Below, in pieces: positions 19,506-27,412 of a stretch of DNA of 64,000 nucleotides; the first letter of the stretch is position 1; each line of letters starts with the position of its first letter. The stretch is from an uncultured Candidatus Rokubacteria bacterium (lineage in GTDB: Bacteria; Methylomirabilota; Methylomirabilia; Rokubacteriales; CSP1-6): positions 224,001-288,000 of the forward strand of contig CAVWWD010000005.1 of NCBI GenBank assembly GCA_963758635.1, written 5' to 3'. Made by a program: the position numbers and the translations under genes. Under the pieces are notes generated by a model, which saw only the letters and a program-made list of their open reading frames with translations, ran no database searches and was not told the DNA's origin.

Positions 19506-21781
19506 GCCGCCCCGCCCCGGTCCCGGATCGCCGCGAACACGCGCGCCGGCGTCAGCGGCAGCTCGCGGATGCGCACCCCCACCGCGTCGTCGACGGCGTT
19601 GGCCACCGCGGCCGCCACCGGGATCACCCCGGACTCGCCGAGCCCCTTGGCCCCGAACGGCCCCTCCGGATCCACGCTCTCGATGAGCCGCACGACGATC
19701 TCCGGCATGGCCGCGGCCGGGACCATGGCGTAGTCCATGAAGCTGCCGTTCAGCACGCGGCCCTCCTCGACCACGAGGCGCTCGGTGAGGGCGTAGCCGA
19801 GCCCCATGTGGATGCCGCCGTGGATCTGGCCCTCCGCGGCCAGCGGGTTCAAGGCCCGCCCCACGTCGTGGGCGGACACGAGCTTCACCACCTCGACCGC
19901 GCCCGTCGCCTCGTCCACGTCGACCAGCGCGGCCTGGGCCGCGAACCCGTACGCGGCGGAGACGTTGCCGGTGAGGTCCTTGTCCAGCATGCTCGTCGGC
20001 GGGTCGTAGAAGGCCTCGGCCACCAGCGTCCGCCCCTGCTCGCGCAGGTGCCCCGCGCGCGCCACCCGGTCGTACTCGACGCGGCGCTGGGGCTCGGCGG
20101 CCACCATCACCCACCCGTCGCGGATGGTGAGCCGGTCCGCCGGCTCGTCGAGCTCGACGGCGGCCATGGCGAGGAGGTCGGCGCGGAGCTTGGCCGCGGC
20201 GAGCCGGGCCGCGTTGCCGGCGATGAACGTGGTGCGGCTCGCGTGGACCCCCACGTCCCACGGCTTCACCGCGGTGTCGGAGTTCACCACCTCGATCCGC
20301 GCGAGCGGAACGCCGAGCGCCTCGGCCACGATCATGGCGAGCACGGTCTCCGAGCCCTGCCCGATCTCCGAGGCGCCGGTGATGAGCGACACCTTGCCGA
20401 AGTCGTCGAGCTTCACGATGGCCCCGCAGCCGTCGGACCGGTAGATGCGCGCGCCGCCGCCCACGTGGAACATGCCGGCGTAGCCCACGCCGCGGCGCCA
20501 GCCCGGACGCGGGGGCCGCGCCCCGCCGATCTCCGCGGCCACCGCGTCGAGGCACTCGGTCATCGCGCACGAGGTGACCCGGAACCCCTGCGGGGTGACG
20601 TCGCCGGCCTGCGTCACGTTGCGGCGGCGCAGCTCGAGCCGGTCCATGCCGAGCGCCGCGGCCAGCTCGTCCATCTGCGACTCCACCGCGAACGTCGACT
20701 CGAGGTTGCCGTAGCCGCGCATCGAGCCCGAGGACGGGTTGTGCGTGTACACCACCGACGTGTCGAAGCGCACCGCGGGCACGCGGTAGAGCGAGGCCAC
20801 CGTGGCGAGCATCACGTACGGCGTGGTCGAGCCCCACGAGACGTAGGCGCCGCTGTCCACGGTGACGTGAGCCTCGCGGGCGAGGAGCCGGCCGCGCGCG
20901 TCCGCGGCGGTGCGCAGCCGGATGCGGCAGGGCTCGCGTGTCGGACAGGCGAGGAACTCCTCGATCCGGTCCAGCTCGACCTTCACCGGCCGCCGCGCCG
21001 CGCGGGCGAGGAGGGCGGCGATCACGTCGATCGCGTAGAGGTCGAGCCCGCGCCCGAAGTTCCCGCCCACCGGCGGCTGCAGCACGCGCACCCGGTCGCC
21101 TGCGATGCCGAGCGCGGCGGCGAGGTCGCGCTGGTACAGGAAGGGCACCTGGGTGGTCGACCACATGGTGAGCGCGCCCTCGAGGTCCCACTCCGCCACC
21201 GCGACCATCGTCCCGAGGCACGCCGGCGTCACGAAGTCGAGCCGGTACTCGCCCTCGACGCTCGCCGCGGCGATGGCGAACGCGGCGTCCACGTCGCCCG
21301 CGCTGAACGAAAAGCGCAGCGGCGTCAGGTTGTCCGGCCGGCCCGCGTGGACCCGGGGCGCGCCGCGGGCCAGCGCGGCCGCGGGGTCGAACACGCCGGG
21401 GAGCGGCTCGTAGTCCGCGCCGATCAGCTCGAGCGCCTCCCGCGCGATCTCGCGCGTCTCCGCGGCCACGGCGGCGACCTCGTCGCGGATGCTGCGGACC
21501 ACCGGATCGCCCGGGCCGCCCTTGAGCGCGAGCTGGTCCTTCACGAAGCCGAACGGGTGCTGCTCCACGTCCGCCGCGGTGATGACGGCGATCACCCCGG
21601 GAAGATCGCGGGCCCGGCGCGTGTCCAGGCGCGTCACCCGCGCGTGCGGCACGGGCGTTCGGAGGATGGCGCCGTGGGCCATGCGCGGGATGGCGAGGTC
21701 GTGGAGGTAGCGCGTCCGGCCGGTCACCTTGTCGGCGCCGTCGCGCTTCTTCGTGGCGCGGCCGATGACGTCGAAGCTCAC
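19502..21781 (-). CDS. Xanthine dehydrogenase/aldehyde oxidoreductase family molybdopterin large subunit
   Basis: DKVTG..Y..D, VGGNFG, MRGYG, GQG, EGQIHGG, GPFGAKGLGE. Confidence 0.9.
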   Translation of the reverse strand: MSFDVIGRATKKRDGADKVTGRTRYLHDLAIPRMAHGAILRTPVPHARVTRLDTRRARDLPGVIAVITAADVEQHPFGFVKDQLALKGGPGDPVVRSIRDEVAAVAAETREIAREALELIGADYEPLPGVFDPAAALARGAPRVHAGRPDNLTPLRFSFSAGDVDAAFAIAAASVEGEYRLDFVTPACLGTMVAVAEWDLEGALTMWSTTQVPFLYQRDLAAALGIAGDRVRVLQPPVGGNFGRGLDLYAIDVIAALLARAARRPVKVELDRIEEFLACPTREPCRIRLRTAADARGRLLAREAHVTVDSGAYVSWGSTTPYVMLATVASLYRVPAVRFDTSVVYTHNPSSGSMRGYGNLESTFAVESQMDELAAALGMDRLELRRRNVTQAGDVTPQGFRVTSCAMTECLDAVAAEIGGARPPRPGWRRGVGYAGMFHVGGGARIYRSDGCGAIVKLDDFGKVSLITGASEIGQGSETVLAMIVAEALGVPLARIEVVNSDTAVKPWDVGVHASRTTFIAGNAARLAAAKLRADLLAMAAVELDEPADRLTIRDGWVMVAAEPQRRVEYDRVARAGHLREQGRTLVAEAFYDPPTSMLDKDLTGNVSAAYGFAAQAALVDVDEATGAVEVVKLVSAHDVGRALNPLAAEGQIHGGIHMGLGYALTERLVVEEGRVLNGSFMDYAMVPAAAMPEIVVRLIESVDPEGPFGAKGLGESGVIPVAAAVANAVDDAVGVRIRELPLTPARVFAAIRDRGGAA

Positions 21782-21845
21782 GCGATCACCCCGTCGGCGC
21801 GGAGGCCGGCCCGCCGCTCGCGTGAGCCGCCGGCGAGGGCGCCGG

Positions 21846-23042
21846 TCACACGACGCCCTCCGACTTGAGCGCGGCCAGCTCGTCGGCGGACAGGCCGAGG
21901 AGGGCGCCGTACACGTCGCCGTTGTGCTGGCCCAGGAGCGGCGCCGCCGTCACCTCGGTGGGCGACGCGGACATGCGCACGGGGTTGGCGGGCATGGCGA
22001 ACCGGCCGCGCGTGGGGTGCTCCAGCTCCACGATCATGCCGCGGTCCCGGAGGTCCTTGCTGCCGAGGATCTCGCCGGAGTCCAGCACGGCGCCCGCCGG
22101 CACCCCCGCCGCGCCGAGCGTCTCCATCGCCTCGTGCTTGGTCTGCTTCTCCGTCCACGCGCCCACCGCGGCATCGACCTCCTCGACGTGGCGGACGCGG
22201 TCGGCGGACGTCTTCATCCGCGGGTCGTCGGCCAGCTCCGGGCGGCCGATGGCGCGACAGAGCGCGCGCCACATCTCCTGGTTGGCCACGTGCACGTACA
22301 CGTAGTCGTTGGGCCCGCCGGGCCGGCACCGGTAGAGGCTCGATGGCGCGGCGGTGCGCGAGCGATTCGTGAGCCGCGGCGCGGGCCGGTTCTCCACGTA
22401 ATGCTCGCGAAGGTGGATGCGGTGGAGGTTCAGCACCACGTCCTGCTGCGCCACCTCCACCTGCTGCCCCACGCCGGTGGCCTGGCGCTGGACGATCGCG
22501 GCGAGGATGCCGATGGCGCAGTGGAGGCCCGAGCCGGTGTCGCCCAGGCCCGCGGCGATGCGCGTGGGCGGCCCGTCCTCCATGCCCGTCATGCCCATGG
22601 GCCCGCCCATGGCCTGCGCGATCCACTCGAAGCTCTTGTACTCGGCGTACGGGCTCCCGGACCCGAAGCCCTTCACCGAGGCCGCGATCACCCGAGGGTT
22701 GATCTTCGCGAGCGCCGCGTAGCCGAAGCCCAGCCGATCCATCGCGCCGGGCCCCAGGTTCTCGATCACCACGTCGGCCTGCTCGACCATGCGCGCGAAC
22801 ATCGCGCGCCCGCGCTCGGACTTCAGGTTGAGCGTGACGCTCTTCTTGTTGGCGTTCAACAGCAGGAAGAACCACGCGTCCATGTCGGGGCGCTCCGACA
22901 GGCCGCGCCGGGCCGGCTCCCCCGCCGGCGGCTCGATCTTGATGACGTCGGCGCCGAGCCACGCCAGGAGCTCCGTGCAGCTCGGGCCCGCCTCGTACTG
23001 CGTCAGATCGAGCACCCTCACGCCATCGAGCGCCTTGGCCAT
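21846..23042 (-). CDS. Class III CoA-transferase (formyl-CoA transferase-like)
   Basis: ALDGVRVLDLTQYEAGPSCT..LAWLGADVIKIE, NKKS.TLNLK, KGFG, APLLGQHN. Confidence 0.9.
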   Translation of the reverse strand: MAKALDGVRVLDLTQYEAGPSCTELLAWLGADVIKIEPPAGEPARRGLSERPDMDAWFFLLLNANKKSVTLNLKSERGRAMFARMVEQADVVIENLGPGAMDRLGFGYAALAKINPRVIAASVKGFGSGSPYAEYKSFEWIAQAMGGPMGMTGMEDGPPTRIAAGLGDTGSGLHCAIGILAAIVQRQATGVGQQVEVAQQDVVLNLHRIHLREHYVENRPAPRLTNRSRTAAPSSLYRCRPGGPNDYVYVHVANQEMWRALCRAIGRPELADDPRMKTSADRVRHVEEVDAAVGAWTEKQTKHEAMETLGAAGVPAGAVLDSGEILGSKDLRDRGMIVELEHPTRGRFAMPANPVRMSASPTEVTAAPLLGQHNGDVYGALLGLSADELAALKSEGVV

Positions 23043-23064
23043 GGTGAACCCTTCCTCATGGTCT

Positions 23065-23250
23065 CCCTCTCCCTTCCAGGGAGAGGGCCGGGGTGAGGGT
23101 CGATCGAACGACCTCACCGGTTGACGTCTATCGTGTCTATCCTCGCGCTCCTGCGACCGCCCCTCACCCTGCCCTCTCCCCAGAGGGGAGAGGGAGGCGA
23201 AGGTCCGCTCGTGACCCATTTTCCAGTCACTCTCTCCCTGACAGGGAGAG
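23065..23250. repeat. REP-like palindromes: inverted pair (23065-23099, 23161-23196) plus partial copy (23232-23250)
   Basis: CCCTCACCC.GCCCTCTCCC-n-GGGAGAGGG units. Confidence 0.8.
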
Positions 23251-23257
23251 GAAAAGG

Positions 23258-24904
23258 CTACGTCTGGTACGCGGAGAATCGGACCGTGGTGGCCCGCGCC
23301 TTCGGGTCGGTGATCACGTTGACCACCGCCGGCTTGCCCGAGGCGAACGCCCGCTCGAGCGCGGGCCGCACGTCCAGCGGCTTCTCGACGAACTCGCCGT
23401 GCGCCCCCAGCTCCATCGCCACCCGGTCGTAGCGGGTGAAGCCGAGGTTCCGGCCCGGCTTGGGCGCAGGCACGCCCCACGGCGCGTCCGCCGTCCAGCC
23501 GCCGTTGTTGCTGATCACCACCACCACGGGGATGCGATGGCGGACCGCGGTGTCGATCTCCATCGCGTTGATCCCGAACGAGCCGTCGCCGTGGAGCACC
23601 AGCACCTGGGCGTCCGGCCGCGCCACCTTGGCGCCGATGCCGAACGGCAGGCCCACGCCCATGCAGCCGAAGGGCCCGGAGTTCAGGCGGTGGCCGGCCA
23701 CGAAGGTCGGGATCGACTGCCGGCCGAAGTTCAGGATCTCCTGACCGTCGACGACGAGGATGGCGTCGCGCCGGAGGAAGTCGCGCACCTCCTTGCAGAG
23801 CCGGAGCGGATGGATCGGCGTCTCGTCCCGGCTCATCGCCTTGTCCATCTCGGCCTGCTTCTCGGCGTCGAGCACGCGGAGCTTCGCCACCCACGCCGCG
23901 TACGTCTTCGGATCGAGCCGGCCCTTGGCCTCGGCGGTGAGCTGCTCGAGGACGGCGCGCGCGTCGCCCGCGATCGGCACGTCGGCCGGCCGGTTGTGGC
24001 CGAGCTCGGTGGGCTCGACGTCGACCTGGATCACCTTGAGCCCGGCGGCGAAGCGCGGGGCGCGCAGGAACTGGATGACGTAGTTGAGCCGCGTGCCGAC
24101 GACGAGGATCACGTCGGCCTCGCCGAACGCCCGGGCGCGCGCGTTCAGGAACGACAGCGGGTGGTCCTCCGGCACCGTGCCGCGCGACAGCGGCGTCGTG
24201 TAGAACGGGATGCCCGAGGCCTCGACGAACGCCCGGAACGCCGCCGCGCCGTCCGACCACCACACGCCGCTGCCGCCGATGACGAGCGGACGCTCGGCAC
24301 GGGAGAGGAGGCCGATGGCCTCCGTGACCGCGGCGGGATCGCCCAGCGTGCGCGGCGCCGGCTTCCACGCCGGCGGGTACGTCACGCCGGCGTCGTCCAG
24401 CTCGTCGTGCAGGATGTCGCCGGGCAGGTCCAGGTAGACCGGCCCCGGGCGTCCGCTCGTCGCCTGCCGGAACGCGGCGCCGACCAGCTCGGGGATCCGC
24501 CGCGCGTCCAGGATCCGGTGCGCCCACTTCGTCACGGGCTTGAAGACGCCGACCTGGTCGATCTCCTGGAAGGCGTCCATGCCGTGCTGCACGGCGGGGC
24601 TGGAGCCGCCGATGGCCACCAGCGGCGCCGCGTCCACCCAGGCGTTCGCCACGCCGGTCAAGAGGTTCGTGGCGCCCGGGCCGGAGGCGCCCATGCACAC
24701 GCCGGGACGGCGGGTGAGGCGCGCGTGCGCGTGCGCCTCCATCGCCGCCGACTGCTCGTGCCGGGTGTCGATGGCGCGGATGCCCAGCGCGATCATCGCC
24801 GCCTCGGTCTCGAGCATCGGCCCGCCCATGATGTAGAAGAGCGTGTCCACCCCCTGCGCCTTGAGCGCGCGGGCGAGAATGTCCGAACCGGTCACCGTCG
24901 CCAT
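23258..24904 (-). CDS. ThDP-dependent enzyme, oxalyl-CoA decarboxylase/2-hydroxyacyl-CoA lyase family
   Basis: RHEQ, SGPG, AFQEIDQ, GRPGPVYLDLP, GCMGVG, GDGSFG..N ThDP motif. Confidence 0.88.
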   Translation of the reverse strand: MATVTGSDILARALKAQGVDTLFYIMGGPMLETEAAMIALGIRAIDTRHEQSAAMEAHAHARLTRRPGVCMGASGPGATNLLTGVANAWVDAAPLVAIGGSSPAVQHGMDAFQEIDQVGVFKPVTKWAHRILDARRIPELVGAAFRQATSGRPGPVYLDLPGDILHDELDDAGVTYPPAWKPAPRTLGDPAAVTEAIGLLSRAERPLVIGGSGVWWSDGAAAFRAFVEASGIPFYTTPLSRGTVPEDHPLSFLNARARAFGEADVILVVGTRLNYVIQFLRAPRFAAGLKVIQVDVEPTELGHNRPADVPIAGDARAVLEQLTAEAKGRLDPKTYAAWVAKLRVLDAEKQAEMDKAMSRDETPIHPLRLCKEVRDFLRRDAILVVDGQEILNFGRQSIPTFVAGHRLNSGPFGCMGVGLPFGIGAKVARPDAQVLVLHGDGSFGINAMEIDTAVRHRIPVVVVISNNGGWTADAPWGVPAPKPGRNLGFTRYDRVAMELGAHGEFVEKPLDVRPALERAFASGKPAVVNVITDPKARATTVRFSAYQT

Positions 24905-24967
24905 GTCGTCGTCCTTTCCTCGGGGCGGTCCCCTGTCGCGGTTCACGTGCGCATGCTCGCTGGCCCC

Positions 24968-25008
24968 CCCTCTCCCCTGCCCCTCTCCCCCGCGCAGGGG
25001 GAGAGGGG
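24968..25008. repeat. REP-like palindrome (same family as 23065-23250)
   Basis: CCCTCTCCCCTGCCCCTCTCCCCCGCGCAGGGGGAGAGGGG. Confidence 0.75.
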
Positions 25009-25034
25009 GCGGCCCCGGCCGAGGGCCGCCGCGC

Positions 25035-25787
25035 TCATCGGGCCGCCCGGTAGAGCATCATCGTGTAGGGATAGCGCGCGGTGGCGTGCACCATCACCGC
25101 GTGCTCGATCGGCTCCCCGCCCGCCGTGAAGTACGTGCGCCGGAACCGCAGCACCGGCGCGCCCGTCGTCACCGCGAGCAGCTGGCCGATGCCGCGCGCG
25201 CAGCGCACCACCTCGATGGTCTGCTCCACGTAGGCGGCGACCACGCCGAGGCGCCGCTCCACGAGCCCGATGACCGACGTGCGCGTCAGGTCCTCGTGGC
25301 CGAGCTTCCGTCCGAGCGACTCGCGGAGGTAGACGGTCACGTGCTCGAAGGGACCGTCGTCGCCGTGGCGCACGCCGGTCACGCGCGTCACCGGCGCCCC
25401 GGCGGCGAGCCCGAGCGCACGCGCCACGTCCACGGGGGCGCGGGCGAGCCCGGTCCGGAGCGGCTTGAACCAGGTCTCGTCGCCCAGCGCGAGCATGTCG
25501 TCGACGGAGCCGATGACGCGAAGCCGGTGGGTGGACCCGCTCGACGCGTCGGCGGGCGACCCGAGCCGCGTCGTGAACGTGCCTCGCCCGACCTGACGCG
25601 AGAGGAGCCCCTCCAGCCGGAGCGCGTCGAGGGCCTGCCGCACGGTCATGCGGCTCACGCCGAACTCCGAGCAGAGGGCGTGCTCGGAGGGAAGCCGGCG
25701 CGGCGGCCCGCCCGCGGACTGCCGGATCCGCGAGCGCAGCGTGTCGGCGATCCTGACGTGGCGCGGCGTCGCGCGGCGATGGCTCAT
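25035..25787 (-). CDS. GntR (HutC subfamily) regulator with UTRA domain
   Basis: LPSEHALCSEFGVSRMTVRQAL..GRGTF; UTRA-like C-terminus. Confidence 0.92.
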   Translation of the reverse strand: MSHRRATPRHVRIADTLRSRIRQSAGGPPRRLPSEHALCSEFGVSRMTVRQALDALRLEGLLSRQVGRGTFTTRLGSPADASSGSTHRLRVIGSVDDMLALGDETWFKPLRTGLARAPVDVARALGLAAGAPVTRVTGVRHGDDGPFEHVTVYLRESLGRKLGHEDLTRTSVIGLVERRLGVVAAYVEQTIEVVRCARGIGQLLAVTTGAPVLRFRRTYFTAGGEPIEHAVMVHATARYPYTMMLYRAAR

Positions 25788-25820
25788 GGCGATCACCCCG
25801 GGGCCGAGCCGCCCCGCGGT

Positions 25821-25856
25821 TGTCTAGACATATCAATCGCTCGGCGCCGCTGTCAA
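25821..25856 (-). promoter_or_regulatory. Promoter with overlapping GntR/HutC-type operator
   Basis: TTGACA on minus strand at 25856-25851; perfect palindrome TGTCTAGACA at 25821-25830. Confidence 0.7.
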
Positions 25857-25899
25857 CCAGGGTGCGGGCACCCGGGCTGCGCCCGCCCGCACCTCGCGG

Positions 25900-26218
25900 C
25901 TACGGCTCCCCCGGCCAGGGCCGGTCGCTCGAGGAGTTCGTGCGCTTCGTGGAGGGCGCGGACCTCTACATCGGCGAGGCGCAGTACACGGACGAGGCGT
26001 ACCCGGCGAAGGTCGGCTGGGGCCACTCGTCGCTGAGCGCGACGGTCGAGGTGGCGCTCAAGGCGCGCGCGCGACAGCTCGCCCTCTTCCACCACGACCC
26101 GATGCACGGTGACGACGTGGTCAGCGCCATGGTGGAGGTGGCGCAACGGCTGATCGCCGCCCAGCTCTCGCCGCTCCGGTGCTTCGCCGCGCGCGAAGGC
26201 GAGGTCATCGAGCTCTGA
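25900..26218 (+). pseudogene. C-terminal fragment of an MBL-fold metallohydrolase
   Basis: GADL.I.EAQYT..Y..K.GWGHS, LALFHHDP.H.D, AREG; no HxHxDH N-terminal part upstream. Confidence 0.7.
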
Positions 26219-26245
26219 CGCTCCGGCGCCCGACGACGCGGGCGA

Positions 26246-27085
26246 TCAGGCCGGACGCGCCGCGGCCTCGCGGCGCAGCCAGAAGTCCGCCAGCGCCGCC
26301 GGCGTCGGCCACCACACGTCGCCCTTGCCGAGGATCTTCTGGATCAGCCGCTCGACCATGCGCATGCGGGACGGCCGGCCGATGATCTGCGGGTGCCCGA
26401 GCCAGTTGAAGAAGCTGCCCTCCGCGTAGAGGCCCTCGAACTCCTCGGACCAGATCTCCCACACGTCCTGCTGGCTCCAGATCCCGTTGCCCACCGGGGG
26501 CACCGAGCTGAACATGAAGAACGGCGCGTCGTTGTTGCACCACGCGGTCGGGAACTCGACGAGCGGCCCGTGCGGGGTCTGGTGGCAGTAGGGCAGATCG
26601 GTGTCGAGCGCGTTGCTGTGGTACGTGAGCCCGTGCTTCTTGAAGAGGTCCATGGTGTGGCGACTCGGGTCCGCGGAGGGCGCGCGCGCGCCCAGCGGCT
26701 TCACCCCGAGCACCCGCTTGAAGATGTCGAGGCTGCGAACGAGCAGCTCTTCCTCCTCCTCCCGGCTCTTCATGAAGAACGGCTTCTCGTGGAGGTAGCC
26801 GTGATGCCCCACCTCGTGCCCGCGGCGGACGATGTCCTCGCAGAGCGCGGGGTAGCGCTCGACGATCCAGCCCGGGACGAAGATGCACGTCTTGATCCCG
26901 TACCGGTCGAACACCTCCAGGATGCGCGGCATGCCCGTCTTCGGGCCGTAGGCGCCCATCGACATGTGCAGCGGCCGCTCGGCGAGGGCGGGATCGCGCT
27001 GGATCCACGGGCTCTCGCCGTCCAGGTCGAACGTCATCATCACCGCGCAGCGCGCCCCGCCCGGCCACGTCACCGCCTGTGCCAT
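26246..27085 (-). CDS. Polysaccharide deacetylase family (PuuE/PgdA-like)
   Basis: WPGGARCAV..TFDLD, YG...G..RIL, GHEVGHHGY.HE, HP.IIGR. Confidence 0.88.
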   Translation of the reverse strand: MAQAVTWPGGARCAVMMTFDLDGESPWIQRDPALAERPLHMSMGAYGPKTGMPRILEVFDRYGIKTCIFVPGWIVERYPALCEDIVRRGHEVGHHGYLHEKPFFMKSREEEEELLVRSLDIFKRVLGVKPLGARAPSADPSRHTMDLFKKHGLTYHSNALDTDLPYCHQTPHGPLVEFPTAWCNNDAPFFMFSSVPPVGNGIWSQQDVWEIWSEEFEGLYAEGSFFNWLGHPQIIGRPSRMRMVERLIQKILGKGDVWWPTPAALADFWLRREAAARPA

Positions 27086-27412
27086 CGCCTCGCTCCTTCC
27101 GCGTGTCGATCGAGTCCGCCCTGCGCGGCCCGGAAAAACGTCCGGCCGGCGGGGCACTCCGCCTGTATCAGAAACCGGGGCACGTTGTCCAGCGTCGCCG
27201 CTCGCCGTCGAAGGGCGTCGCCGCCTCGCGCGCCGCCGACGGCCGAGACGCCATCCGCGCGCCGTTCCGGTCGGGTCCGACCAACGTCCGATTGCCTCGT
27301 GCCGGCCAGCGGAGGATCGTGAACCTCGTCCGCCGACGGTCTCGCGGCGCGAATCCGGATCATTGCGGATTGCCGGCCGCATGCTTCCACGAGACCATGA
27401 AGCGGCTCTCCG

